Shown piece by piece: positions 1-9,614 of a DNA stretch of 44,312 bases. How positions within the stretch are numbered: position 1 is the stretch's first letter; each line of letters starts with the position of its first letter. The notes under the pieces are model-generated. The model ran no database searches and was not told the origin of the DNA. It saw only the letters and a list, made by a program, of their open reading frames with translations. This DNA is from a virus. Where the stretch lies: positions 1 to 44,312 of IMG/VR virus record IMGVR_UViG_3300031087_000005; one strand, given 5' to 3'. The position numbers were made by a program, and so were the translations under genes.

Positions 1-127
1 TGCCGATGCGAACAAAATGCAGGTTGGCTACCGAAGCGCTTGACGATACGCAGTGCCATATCTGCACGCGAGCCGAACCTTGTGCCCGTTCATAGTGTTC
101 AAGAACAGCCGTCTGCGGCAGCGGGGA
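1..127. repeat. Terminal assembly overlap, identical to 44186..44312; marks a circular or circularly permuted genome
   Basis: Read directly: the first 127 nt (tgccgatgcgaac...cggcagcgggga) recur exactly as the last 127 nt of the window. Confidence 0.95.
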
Positions 128-601
128 ATTTGCTGCCGCGGCAGTCGTACTGTAAATGCCAGTAATAGTGATCAGGTTAAGATCACTGGCGATCGCCGGA
201 TTTATTACCGGAACGGCATTGGCGCTGTTGCTTAACGGGGCCCAGTTAGTCGCCACAGTAGGAAGCGCGGTATTAGCCGACACCAGCGACTGGTAGATTG
301 CGCCGTTGTACATAACCAGCGCCCCGGCACCGTAAGAAAACGCGCTGCCGCCGTTCTCTTCAGACGTGATAAACGGCTTCACTCCATTTTGCTGGATTTC
401 CTGAACCGCCCGCGTGATATCATAAAAGAGCTGGTTCATTTTAAGCCGCTCGATACGCTTGGCTCCGGTATCAGTTAACGGATCAAGTGAGTAGGCCAGC
501 GGATATCCCTGTACAAAAGATACTGATCCGTCGGGCTGCGAGGCTACGGGGATTGCTGCTTTATCGCCGCTGTCGGCGAAAGGTACGCGAATATAAGCCA
601 T
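1..601 (-). CDS. Tail fiber protein, N-terminal part; the gene continues across the circular junction into 44185..43461
   Basis: ATG at 601. Own translation MAYIRVPFADSGDKAAIPVASQPDGSVSFVQGYPLAYSLDP... is open to base 1. It is in frame with ORF 43461..44252 through the overlap (601+725 nt = 442 codons). Not in the ORF track because it is truncated by the window edge. Confidence 0.8.
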   Translation of the reverse strand, partial: MAYIRVPFADSGDKAAIPVASQPDGSVSFVQGYPLAYSLDPLTDTGAKRIERLKMNQLFYDITRAVQEIQQNGVKPFITSEENGGSAFSYGAGALVMYNGAIYQSLVSANTALPTVATNWAPLSNSANAVPVINPAIASDLNLITITGIYSTTAAAANSPLPQTAVLEHYERAQGSARVQIWHCVSSSASVANLHFVRIG

Positions 602-605
602 GTTT

Positions 606-1265
606 TTAACCTGCGAATTGTGAGTGGACCTGGTCGAAATTTTCGCCGTAAGGATCGAACCCGAAAGCATTGCGCGGTACGATCAGATAACGTGCCTCTA
701 CGCCCGATGGTCTGGGGAGTATATCGAACTTCTGTATAATACTCAGCATGGAATCAGGCGGATAGTCGGTGAAAATGTATGTTATCGTCATATCCAGCCC
801 GTCCAGGGCATAGGCGAAGCCTTCGCCAAATACGTCAGCCATGGCGCGGTTTATGTCAGGCATGGAACCACTGCTGGTTATCTGCCACATGCGCAGCTTT
901 AACAGCTGTCGCTTCTGCTCAGTAGTAAGCGCGGCGACGTAGTCTGTATCGGTGGCAAAATTGCCGTTATCAAAGTTTAAGCCGTAAGGCGCAAACCCAA
1001 ACGCCGGGTAGTCTTTAGGTGATGCTGTAACGGGGATATACAGCGGGAGGTTTAAAATTATCGACCAGACATTCAGGCCAAAATCATTGGCCGTATTCAG
1101 ATTGAAAACGTCACGCTCCCAGTTCTGCCAGAACGCGGTATGCTGTTTTTCATACCACATCTGATATTTTTCCAGCAGTGCGCGCAGGTTCGGCGACTGA
1201 TCAGACATCCATGGGATAACCTTCAGTACGTCCAGGGTGAAATCAAATTGCTGGATTCGCATCAC
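606..1265 (-). CDS. Baseplate/tail-fiber-proximal protein (occupies the position of P2 gpI / Mu gp48)
   Basis: 219-aa ORF between the baseplate-J-like gene and the tail fiber, with a 4-nt start/stop overlap to the upstream gene. Call rests on synteny. Confidence 0.6.
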   Translation of the reverse strand: MMRIQQFDFTLDVLKVIPWMSDQSPNLRALLEKYQMWYEKQHTAFWQNWERDVFNLNTANDFGLNVWSIILNLPLYIPVTASPKDYPAFGFAPYGLNFDNGNFATDTDYVAALTTEQKRQLLKLRMWQITSSGSMPDINRAMADVFGEGFAYALDGLDMTITYIFTDYPPDSMLSIIQKFDILPRPSGVEARYLIVPRNAFGFDPYGENFDQVHSQFAG

Positions 1266-2470
1266 GGCACCACCACAAGAATATCAGTTGCGTCGAGTAT
1301 CGGCTTCTGATTCAGGGCAATCTCTATGGTTGAGACCTGCCAGTCTGGCGATACCGTTTTTAGTGCGACTTCAACCTTCTTGATAAACATTCCAGGGGCT
1401 GCGAGGTTAGCAGCAGCCGCCAGCTCGAAGGGAGACACGTCTTCGCCCAGGGTAAACCCCTGCTCATCGCTGAGCCCGTTGACGTAATTAAGCACTGCAG
1501 CCCGGATAGTTCCCGAGGGATTAGTAACATTCCCGGTCGCACTTAACGTAAACCTTACCATTACCGGCACCGCAGTGGGGCGGTCGAATTTTACGGTAGA
1601 CCCCTGTTTACTGAAAGGATCTGTTACCGGCACCTCTACGGCGCCGTTCCAGTTAGCGCCACCAGTTTTAGCGCTGTAGAGCGCTTCCGCTACGTCTATA
1701 TTTTCACCACCGTCTACGCACGCCCATACGCTATGGGCTACAAGGGTTATCCCGTCGATCACCTTCGTTGTATTTTCGACGTTCTCGCGGAAGGACAGGG
1801 ATAATACTTCGGGCAGCGCTCGGACGTTACTGTAAACGGCTTCCGCTATACTGCGACCCTGTAGCGCCAGCGTTTCTTTACGTTCGCGCCGGGCCTGTAT
1901 GTCACTCTGCGAAGGTAATCCCTGAAGACCTGCCTGCGGGTTATTGCTGGTTTCCCAGCCGACTGCAGTATAGCCATCGACGGGAACTGTAAGACTGCCC
2001 GCAGGCGCAGGAATTGCTCCTGGTTCCAGCGCCTGAAATATAGCGGTGGCCTGGCCGTTACTTCCGATCACGGCGGTATCAATTAGCTCGAAAATATCCT
2101 TGCCGGTAGAGGTAGCTCTGCGGCTGCCCGAGGGGATAATAGCGCCGGGGCTGCCGGTCAAAACTACATTGTAAATGGTGGTGTAAGTAGCCTGTCGCCG
2201 TTTCCCGCCGGTGAAGCTCCAGATATCATCCAGAAACACACCACCTGCGATGTTAGGGTTAATCTGGTTAGCGACGGCGGCGTTATTGGCTACTACTTCA
2301 GAGCGTACCGCCACCTCCTGCCCGATCATCAGACCTTGCGGCGTTTCGTCGTTTACGTCCAGATCCTGACCGAAAAGCTCTTTCCACTCGCTCTGAGTTT
2401 CCAGTTTTATTTCAGCGGTATCCGGCACGATTACGCCCGCCGGAGACAGGTATTTATATTCTTCAGCCAT
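1262..2470 (-). CDS. Baseplate J-like protein
   Basis: 402-aa ORF. Size, position after a gp25/W-like gene and overall sequence character resemble the P2 gpJ / Mu gp47 class. Confidence 0.75.
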   Translation of the reverse strand: MAEEYKYLSPAGVIVPDTAEIKLETQSEWKELFGQDLDVNDETPQGLMIGQEVAVRSEVVANNAAVANQINPNIAGGVFLDDIWSFTGGKRRQATYTTIYNVVLTGSPGAIIPSGSRRATSTGKDIFELIDTAVIGSNGQATAIFQALEPGAIPAPAGSLTVPVDGYTAVGWETSNNPQAGLQGLPSQSDIQARRERKETLALQGRSIAEAVYSNVRALPEVLSLSFRENVENTTKVIDGITLVAHSVWACVDGGENIDVAEALYSAKTGGANWNGAVEVPVTDPFSKQGSTVKFDRPTAVPVMVRFTLSATGNVTNPSGTIRAAVLNYVNGLSDEQGFTLGEDVSPFELAAAANLAAPGMFIKKVEVALKTVSPDWQVSTIEIALNQKPILDATDILVVVP

Positions 2471-2804
2471 TGGACACTATCCCCGGACCGTAAATTGTGG
2501 ATATGTTTGCGGTGTAGTTAAGCTGTTCACCGGAAAACGAAAACTCGACGGAAACGACTTCAGTTACCCCGGGTACCGTCAGAACCATCTGACGAATGTA
2601 CATTTCGTAAAGGGAAAGATCCTTATCTTCCATTACCTTAAAGAAGGGCGCTCCTCTCGATTGCGCGTAGGGTAATTCACCGAGGTTAACCAGGCAGGCG
2701 CGACGGCATGACGTAATACACGCTTCAAGGTCCGTAGATATCGCCACGTTACCTGCACTGTCAAGAAAGATATCGTTAAGCCCGTTACTTGATAACGTTC
2801 TCAT
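2463..2804 (-). CDS. Small baseplate wedge protein (gp25/W-like position)
   Basis: 113-aa ORF overlapping both neighbours, located between the spike and baseplate-J genes. Confidence 0.55.
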   Translation of the reverse strand: MRTLSSNGLNDIFLDSAGNVAISTDLEACITSCRRACLVNLGELPYAQSRGAPFFKVMEDKDLSLYEMYIRQMVLTVPGVTEVVSVEFSFSGEQLNYTANISTIYGPGIVSNG

Positions 2805-3472
2805 GGATTTTTTGCCGCCCCTATAGTATCGCCGCTGCTGTCATCGTGGATATGACCTATCAGTTTAACGCCGTTTTCTCCGGTAAACTGAGGCGCGGTG
2901 ATAGGTTTATTGCAGGTTACCCCGTCCGGCGTAATTGTGAAAATGCACCCTTCGACATTTATCATAACATGCGCGGGCTTCAGCGCGATAGCGGTGCCGC
3001 CGTCAAGGGTCTGAAGTACCGCCGCCTCCACGTCATCAACAGCCCAGCCTTTCATTACATCCGGATAAAAAACCCCGTCCGCGAAATCGTGCATTCGCGG
3101 GATATTTCCGCGTTCCGAGGTATAAGACTGCAGGAACAGCGATATATCCCTGTCACTTGCTTTTATCCACCCCAGGTCCCCTTTTTTAAGGGGGAAGTTA
3201 AGAACCATACCGCCACCGCCGATCTGCACTACAGGGACTTGTGCGGGTGCCTGCATCTGCACATTAAGCCCGTTGGTGTAAGTCAGCTGGTAAAGTATTT
3301 CCACCTGAGCCCGGTTCTGGTCCCGGTTATAGCTGATGATCCGCGCCGGCAGTTGATTATGCATTTTTTGCAGCGCTTTTTTAATGAGAAAGCCGACCGC
3401 TCCGTCCGCGTCTTCATCTTCTCCAGGCCGGCGGCTAGGAACTGGCGGGTTTTGGTTTGGCATCTTTTTCAC
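2801..3472 (-). CDS. Central baseplate spike/hub protein (Gp138-N / gpV-like)
   Basis: 223 aa. 'LPARIISYNRDQNRAQVEILYQ...VPVVQIGGGGMVLNFPLKKGDLGWIKASDRDISLF' matches the spike N-domain pattern. GTG at 3472 (GTGA overlap) or ATG at 3463. Confidence 0.6.
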   Translation of the reverse strand: MKKMPNQNPPVPSRRPGEDEDADGAVGFLIKKALQKMHNQLPARIISYNRDQNRAQVEILYQLTYTNGLNVQMQAPAQVPVVQIGGGGMVLNFPLKKGDLGWIKASDRDISLFLQSYTSERGNIPRMHDFADGVFYPDVMKGWAVDDVEAAVLQTLDGGTAIALKPAHVMINVEGCIFTITPDGVTCNKPITAPQFTGENGVKLIGHIHDDSSGDTIGAAKNP

Positions 3473-4347
3473 CCTTTTTCCGCTTTAGGTTTGGCCTTTG
3501 CATCAGCTGCGCGTTTTTCCTGGATAGAGCGGATATTATCATTGTTACAGCTTAAGTCGAGATACCAATCCTGCGCGCGGGTAGCAAGGCTCACCCCGAT
3601 ATTATAAATGACATACTGCCCGTTAGCGGCCGGGTTTATATCAGACTCGATCTGGATAGCATCACCGACGTTAACGGTAGGGTCGAATAACATCCGTACT
3701 TTAACCCCTTTATCATCCACCAAAGGCGAACCGATCATCTGCGTTCGACTGCTTAGCACCCGGGCGCGACCTTTGTTAGCAGCACCTAAATTTTTTACTA
3801 CCAGCTGATCATTATCAATAAATGCATCCACGTCGCCGACCAGAGCCAGTTGATTTACCTGGCGCGCTGCGCTGCCGTTGTAAAGGTAGTTAGCGATCGT
3901 TTTATCAGTGGCCTCAAAGCGGAGGGGTACGCCATAATCATCTGCCACCATTTTTGCCAGTGTAGACAGGGAAATTGTCGGCGGAGACTGGCGCGCGACG
4001 AACGTGTATTTTATGTCGTCACTGGTCAGCGCCTTCAGTGTCAGGCGAATGTCCGGCAGATCGCTCGGACTGGCAGCCGCTATGCCGCCACTGAATATCC
4101 GCTCGACCCCGGTGGAAGCGCGGCCGGCTAATACCGTCAATAGCTTCTTCTGGGGATTAGGGTTCCAGGGGCTGCACTCAGTCAGCAGGTAATTGCGTAT
4201 GTCAGGACGCAAATTAGTCAGAACCGCATCGCAGGTATTTTGTTTTCCGTCGGCGCTGCGGTTTATTTTAACGGACATATCCCCGCCTTCATAAACCCGG
4301 AGCTGCCCATTAACTTCGACGCCTATCCTGAGTACCCGATCATCCAT
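3469..4347 (-). CDS. Baseplate hub-class protein (by position)
   Basis: 292-aa ORF, translationally coupled (ATGGATGA overlap), lying between the tape-measure-distal genes and the spike. Confidence 0.45.
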   Translation of the reverse strand: MDDRVLRIGVEVNGQLRVYEGGDMSVKINRSADGKQNTCDAVLTNLRPDIRNYLLTECSPWNPNPQKKLLTVLAGRASTGVERIFSGGIAAASPSDLPDIRLTLKALTSDDIKYTFVARQSPPTISLSTLAKMVADDYGVPLRFEATDKTIANYLYNGSAARQVNQLALVGDVDAFIDNDQLVVKNLGAANKGRARVLSSRTQMIGSPLVDDKGVKVRMLFDPTVNVGDAIQIESDINPAANGQYVIYNIGVSLATRAQDWYLDLSCNNDNIRSIQEKRAADAKAKPKAEKG

Positions 4348-4651
4348 TGCGCAATGTCTCCATTTCCTCGACAGTCAGATAGAAAAGCTGCTGAGTGCTG
4401 CCGAACTCGGACCAGTAAGGCATTTCGTCGTTTAACGTTGTGAAAACGAAATTGCCGGCTTCGCGCGGCCCTTCAGGGATGAGGGGAACTGAGGCGACCG
4501 CCCGCCGTCCCTCGATAACGGTAACTCCGTCTCTGACGATAGTCGCCGCCATTATTCCATTACATTCCAGTAGCGATATCTGATGCAGGATATTATCAAG
4601 CATTATAGACAGCGACTGTTTTTCAACCTTCTGGAGCGGGATCAGTATCAT
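4340..4651 (-). CDS. Hypothetical tail/baseplate assembly protein
   Basis: 103-aa ORF with ATGA overlaps at both ends, inside the tail module. Confidence 0.5.
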   Translation of the reverse strand: MILIPLQKVEKQSLSIMLDNILHQISLLECNGIMAATIVRDGVTVIEGRRAVASVPLIPEGPREAGNFVFTTLNDEMPYWSEFGSTQQLFYLTVEEMETLRNG

Positions 4652-5259
4652 AAAAATATATCCGAAAGAACGCTATTTTTCTGTTTGGCTGATGCCTCTG
4701 TTCCGCGTTTCTGTCCGGATTTAACAGTAGAGGCGTCCTGTTTAGATCCTTTGGTTCCGGCTGAAGCCTGGCCTTTCTTAGACGGCGCGACTTCGGTAGC
4801 TGGCAGGGATTGCACGTCGGCCCGGAACCACTTTACCTCACGGAAGCTCAGCGCAATAGCGATAGAATCCCCGGCCTCGGGGGTTTCTTCATGGGGCATT
4901 GATTCGATATACTGATTAGCGTAGCTGCCTGTTTTAGTCTGCACGATCAAGGGTGTAGACTTCAGGAAGGCATTACGAAGCGCCGCGTACGTCTGCCCAT
5001 ACGCTTCGTCGGTAATGATAGCCGCGAACTGAATCGCTATGGGCTTGATTATTTTCTGGTCGGCTACTTTCGTCCCGTCTTCGAGTTCATGTTCAAACAG
5101 TGTGGATTCTTCGCGCACTGTCGCCCGCATAACGCGCGCGTTCTGAAAAAGGCTGTTACCTTCAGCGTCGGTTATGCGCACCACGTCCCGAGCCAGTGAA
5201 CTGCCGATAATCGCAGAGGCAGCCTGCGCAGCCCCGATAAGCTGATTAAGAATTCCCAT
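4648..5259 (-). CDS. Hypothetical tail-tip protein downstream of the tape measure
   Basis: ORF-track ORF 4648..5304. The likely start is ATG at 5259 (MGILNQLIGAAQ...), overlapping the tape-measure TAA as TAATG. Confidence 0.5.
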   Translation of the reverse strand: MGILNQLIGAAQAASAIIGSSLARDVVRITDAEGNSLFQNARVMRATVREESTLFEHELEDGTKVADQKIIKPIAIQFAAIITDEAYGQTYAALRNAFLKSTPLIVQTKTGSYANQYIESMPHEETPEAGDSIAIALSFREVKWFRADVQSLPATEVAPSKKGQASAGTKGSKQDASTVKSGQKRGTEASAKQKNSVLSDIFL

Positions 5260-7049
5260 TAGTGGCTGATCCCGTCGTCGTGCTGGGCTACAGTGTTTTT
5301 CCACTGCTCGCCGATACCGCCGGTCACTGCCTCATTAATTGCGGCAGGATCGGAACTTTGCGTATGGATTTCCATTCTATCAATATGCACTGGAGCATGC
5401 GTTTCTACAACACGGGTTGAAACGGAACTGGAAGAGCCCGCGACCGAGTTTATAGGTGAAGCTGCAGCGGCGGCCATGACAGCTTTTGCTGCCCCCGGGG
5501 CTGAACTTGAATTAGGTAAAATGCCATCCGGCTCCTGTTTCGTAACCGGCACTGACGGAGGAACTCCGGTAGCCGCTGCCACATCCCCGGCCAGGTCGCC
5601 CGCCTGAACGCCCAGACGCCGCTCTGCACCGGTGCGCATACGTGAAATTCCCAGGGCTTTTTGCGCGGCTTCAGGTACCGAATCGACGATACTGTTAACG
5701 ATGCCGGCAAAGAGATCACGGAAGAAATCACCGATCTCAAGGCCCAGCGACCGGAACCAGTTAAACAGCCCGGTGAATGCAGTTTTGGCGTTTGCTACCA
5801 GTTTATCCAGCGCCGGGTTGAGTGAGTTAATGTAATTAACAACGTCGTCAAAGGTCTGTAACGCCTGGTCTTTAACCTCAAGGAAAGCATCGCGCATCCA
5901 GATGATCTGACCGCGAACTTCTTCCAGCACTTTTCCGAGTTCAGGGAATTTCTTAACCAGTTCCCCTGTAACGGTAGATGCCGTCGGGTCAGTGAAATAC
6001 AGGTACACGTCTTCAGCTACCAGTGCCACCGCAGCGACAGCGGCTGCCAGAGCGACCCATGGCCACGTAGCCGCCAGCGTTGCCACTGCCAGGCGCCCGG
6101 TCGCCAGAGTTGCCTGAACAATGGAAGGGATGAGCGCAGTAGCAATGACGGTCGCAGGGATAGCGAAGAATGTTGCGAAGGCGACCTTATGTTGATTCAC
6201 ATAGTCAATAATGGCATTCAAAGCTTTAAAGAATCCGGCCACATAGGGCAGCACGCCGCGAGCTATTGATTCACCGATCCCTGATAAAACGAGCGACAAT
6301 TTTTGCTGTTCGTTCTGCAGCTCCTGCGCCGCTTTCGCCTGCTCTGCCGTCATGACTCCGTTACGGCGCACCAGTTCAAGCCGTTCCTGCAACGCCTGGT
6401 TCCCTTTGGTTAACAGTGTCAGAAGTTTGGGGTCATTGATACCTAACTGACGGATCAGGAATATCGCTTTTTCTGGCGACATACCGTCTATGGCTTTACT
6501 CAGCCCCTCGAAACCTTGAGTAGCATTTATCATGTTACCGTTGGCGTCTTTGAGGCTTACCCCCAGTTCTTTGAAGGTTTTGGCGCGTTGGGATTCTGCG
6601 TCTGAGGCACCTTCGCCAATCGCCTCTGCCAGGTCAACGAACAGATCGCGGGTCTCGTCAGCCTCATAGCCTGCCGACTGCAGAACCTTAGCGTAGGCAT
6701 CGTACTCTTCGACGGGGATATTGAGCGACTGGGCGTTGTTCGCAGTGGAAACGAATCCTTGTATACGCTCCCACGCAGCGGCGACTGAACCCAGCGCCGC
6801 GACAGCTGCACCGGCAGGAAGTATAAGGCCGCGAAGGTTGTCTTCTATACCGCCCAGCGCCCGGCTGGCAACGTTACCTGCGCTCTGGGTAAGCTGCCCC
6901 ATGCGCGTTACATTGCGGCCTACAGTCTCGGTCGACTGTTTGCCTTCTTCTTTCAGGTCGTCGAAAGCCTCGCCAGCTTTATTAATTCCCTGTACTGCAT
7001 CTTTTGAATCTGCCTTCAGGACGAAGAAAAAGCTGTCGAGGATACTCAT
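5259..7049 (-). CDS. Tail tape measure protein
   Basis: 596 aa with coiled-coil N-half and a hydrophobic central block (FATFFAIPATVIATALIPSIVQATLATG...ATWPWVALAAAVAAVALVA). Directly follows the chaperone gene. Confidence 0.85.
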   Translation of the reverse strand: MSILDSFFFVLKADSKDAVQGINKAGEAFDDLKEEGKQSTETVGRNVTRMGQLTQSAGNVASRALGGIEDNLRGLILPAGAAVAALGSVAAAWERIQGFVSTANNAQSLNIPVEEYDAYAKVLQSAGYEADETRDLFVDLAEAIGEGASDAESQRAKTFKELGVSLKDANGNMINATQGFEGLSKAIDGMSPEKAIFLIRQLGINDPKLLTLLTKGNQALQERLELVRRNGVMTAEQAKAAQELQNEQQKLSLVLSGIGESIARGVLPYVAGFFKALNAIIDYVNQHKVAFATFFAIPATVIATALIPSIVQATLATGRLAVATLAATWPWVALAAAVAAVALVAEDVYLYFTDPTASTVTGELVKKFPELGKVLEEVRGQIIWMRDAFLEVKDQALQTFDDVVNYINSLNPALDKLVANAKTAFTGLFNWFRSLGLEIGDFFRDLFAGIVNSIVDSVPEAAQKALGISRMRTGAERRLGVQAGDLAGDVAAATGVPPSVPVTKQEPDGILPNSSSAPGAAKAVMAAAAASPINSVAGSSSSVSTRVVETHAPVHIDRMEIHTQSSDPAAINEAVTGGIGEQWKNTVAQHDDGISH

Positions 7050-7052
7050 ATA

Positions 7053-7618
7053 TTACCTTTTATTTTTGGTCTGCTCAGACGCCCACCATTCGTTAAACTT
7101 GGACGTAACCACGACTTCCCAGATCAGATAAGCCTCTTCAAGCGTGAGGCTACTCTTTAATTCTGTGAGGGTGGCTTTTCCGCTTGCGATAATGACCGCA
7201 ATGAATCCGTCAGCGTTGACATAATCAACCTGGTTAACATCGCTTTTAAACCGCCGGAGGAAACTGAGCGTACGAACTTTTCGAAGAAAGAGAAATTATA
7301 TTCAAGGATCGCTTTTTCGAGTTGCATCAGCGACTCTGCGTCCGGAACGTGGTTATCAATCAACGCCTGAGTAGTCAGGCGGATAGGCTCGCCGTCTTCC
7401 CTGGTAGCGGCAACAAACCCCATCGCTTTGATCATGATTTTCTCATTCTCAGCGTACTGGTTCTGTTCCCACTGTTTAGCCATCGCAGCAACGCTGGTCG
7501 GGTACTTCGCAGCAATCTCCCTGCCAGTTACGGCAGGGAATTTGCTTATCGTGTACACGCGTACGTTACCGTTCCGATCGGTGATTTCCACCTCTTGCGG
7601 TTCGATAAGTTCAGCCAT
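7053..7618 (-). CDS. Tail assembly chaperone -1 frameshift product (GT-like)
   Basis: The -1 frame is open from the slippery site to TAA at 7053-7055. It encodes ...KSDVNQVDYVNADGFIAVIIASGKATLTELKSSLTLEEAYLIWEVVVTSKFNEWWASEQTKNKR. It fills the otherwise empty 7050-7156 gap before the tape measure. Confidence 0.55.
7157..7618 (-). CDS. Tail assembly chaperone (G-like)
   Basis: 153-aa acidic ORF between the tube and tape-measure genes; carries a slippery heptamer near its 3' end. Confidence 0.7.
   Translation of the reverse strand: MAELIEPQEVEITDRNGNVRVYTISKFPAVTGREIAAKYPTSVAAMAKQWEQNQYAENEKIMIKAMGFVAATREDGEPIRLTTQALIDNHVPDAESLMQLEKAILEYNFSFFEKFVRSVSSGGLKAMLTRLIMSTLTDSLRSLSQAEKPPSQN
7244..7250 (-). 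promoter_or_regulatory. Putative -1 programmed frameshift slippery heptamer T_TTA_AAA
   Basis: Minus-strand GGT TTA AAA GCG in the chaperone frame fits X_XXY_YYZ. Confidence 0.55.
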
Positions 7619-8070
7619 TATCGGGCCTCTGTGCTTGCTTTGTTCTCAAAGCGGAAGTTATACGTCTTGCTTTTCAGGCGGCCGGAGGACCCTACTGAAC
7701 GCCCTGGCGTAGCTGAGAAGATGATCCCGGGGAACAACGTGATAGTGCTGCCATCCGGGTACATGCCAACCACGGTAATAATATCTTTAGCCGGACGTTT
7801 ACCGCGCGCGGCACGGTTAGCTTCGTAAAGCACCGCCAGATTTTTATCATCTTCGCTGTTCGGAATAACCGACATTGCGAACGGAATCGGCGCCGAAGTT
7901 GACCAGCTAATCATATCCCCGTTCAGGCCGTTAGCCGCGTCGTTGATCTGCAGTTCTGGCAGGTCGAACGGGTCGGCGTCGTCGGCGAAAGCAGTTACAG
8001 TAAAACCGGCCGGAAAAGTCTTGGACGCGATAACCCGGACGGATAGGCCGAAGCCTGCTACATCTTGCAT
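7618..8070 (-). CDS. Tail tube protein
   Basis: 150-aa ORF immediately after the sheath gene, with a TAATG overlap to the chaperone. Confidence 0.75.
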   Translation of the reverse strand: MQDVAGFGLSVRVIASKTFPAGFTVTAFADDADPFDLPELQINDAANGLNGDMISWSTSAPIPFAMSVIPNSEDDKNLAVLYEANRAARGKRPAKDIITVVGMYPDGSTITLFPGIIFSATPGRSVGSSGRLKSKTYNFRFENKASTEAR

Positions 8071-8080
8071 AATAGTCCCC

Positions 8081-9595
8081 TTAGATCAGGATATCGCGGC
8101 CAGTGATTTTATTCACGGCATCCGCTTTACTATAGAGAAGGGTGTAATCGATCTGATACTCGGTTACGCCGCTGGCCGCATTGGTCGTCTGGGTGACTAC
8201 TGCATCAATCCAGTACCCCAGATTCTGCACCTGGTGCCACGCACGCTCATCGTCGGTGATCTGCAGGATATACGCTTTCTGGTCGGACGTCAGGTCTTTA
8301 CCGACTGCGAAGGTGCCATTAAACAACGCGCGGTTGATAACGTCCTGCAGACTACCCAGAACCATTCCCCGGCCTTCATCAGTAGCAGGGATTAGCGGCA
8401 GGTTTAGCAGCAGTGCCATAAGATTTGAAGTCGCTGCTGACTTGAACCACATTTCGTTACCAAACACGCCCATCTGCGATGGAGTCGAAGGGGTGCCTGC
8501 CACTACGCCACGCTGATAGAAAGACAGATTCTGCCCTGCCGTCTGCGTCTGGCCATAGTAGTTAATGCGCAGCCCGTTCAGTTCACGGGAGATAGCGGTA
8601 TCGGTCACTTTAGGGGCTACACCGCTGAACACGTTGAACATGTAATTAGGTGCGGCATTGCGCTTTGTGTAATCCGTGGCCGCCAGGATAATCCCGGGGA
8701 TATCTTCGTCGTGGTCCGTGTTGGTGTCATTAACCAGCGTCAGACACACGCCGCCGAAGGTAGCCAGCGCTGAACTGTAGGCGGCCCGATCAGCGTACTT
8801 AACTGGCACCAGCGCAAAATATTTTACGTTTTGTGCATGTACCCATGCGCCGATCTCCGTCCACTGTTCAAGCGTCAGGGCGTCGATAAAACCTAACGAC
8901 CCGAAGTTATCGCTGAGAACGGTAGAGGCAGTAACGGCCTGAAGCGGAGACTGTGCCGCCGCGCCGCTGCCGAAGGTAGCCTGACTGGTCCAGCCTGAAG
9001 GGCTGACAATGCTCGATCCCGCCGTCGGTGCGCTGATGATTACTGCTGCAGGAACCGAAGTAGCGCCAGGGAAAGAAGCATTGAAGCGCTGTCCGACGTT
9101 ATCAAAGCTGACAGTCGCGCCGGCGAAGTTGCTGCCCGCCTCTGCACGGATCCCCGTCTGGATGATTGACGCAACGTCAGCTAGTGACGCAGCAGCAGTG
9201 AAATCCAGATCTTCAACCTGGGCAGACTGCGTGCCAACCTGCAGATTAAATGCACCGTCTACGATTGCCTGCCACGTGGCAAGAAGCGTTACCGGCGTTG
9301 CACCGCGGATAGACGGAGCTTCGTTGGATTCCGAGAAGTGCGCGAAGCTCAGTTTTTTTGGTTTGGTAACGATTTTTGATACCCAACCAAAATACTTAGT
9401 AGCCCGGCGATACTCGTCCGAGTTAGTGCCAAATAAAGTTTCAACGTCGGCGAGGGTGGTAACTTCAACCACTGAACCGGCCGGAATGGCGGGGTTAGTA
9501 GTGAAAAATCGGGTAATCAGTTCGCGCTGTGCGACTGTAGTCCCCGCCCCGACGCCGCTTGTGATATCGACGTATTCAGTGATAGAGATGCTCAT
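8081..9595 (-). CDS. Tail sheath protein
   Basis: 504-aa ORF upstream of the tube. Size and position are typical of a contractile sheath. Confidence 0.8.
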   Translation of the reverse strand: MSISITEYVDITSGVGAGTTVAQRELITRFFTTNPAIPAGSVVEVTTLADVETLFGTNSDEYRRATKYFGWVSKIVTKPKKLSFAHFSESNEAPSIRGATPVTLLATWQAIVDGAFNLQVGTQSAQVEDLDFTAAASLADVASIIQTGIRAEAGSNFAGATVSFDNVGQRFNASFPGATSVPAAVIISAPTAGSSIVSPSGWTSQATFGSGAAAQSPLQAVTASTVLSDNFGSLGFIDALTLEQWTEIGAWVHAQNVKYFALVPVKYADRAAYSSALATFGGVCLTLVNDTNTDHDEDIPGIILAATDYTKRNAAPNYMFNVFSGVAPKVTDTAISRELNGLRINYYGQTQTAGQNLSFYQRGVVAGTPSTPSQMGVFGNEMWFKSAATSNLMALLLNLPLIPATDEGRGMVLGSLQDVINRALFNGTFAVGKDLTSDQKAYILQITDDERAWHQVQNLGYWIDAVVTQTTNAASGVTEYQIDYTLLYSKADAVNKITGRDILI

Positions 9596-9614
9596 TTGTA
9601 ATCCTCTGAGGATA

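Noticed and set aside
53-235. 60-aa plus-strand ORF at the window start
   Set aside because: It lies antisense to the tail fiber N-terminal coding region.
2789-3607. 272-aa plus-strand ORF
   Set aside because: It lies antisense to the spike and hub genes of the tightly coupled minus-strand tail operon. It has R/S/L-rich junk-like composition and no promoter or SD. It is a typical shadow ORF.
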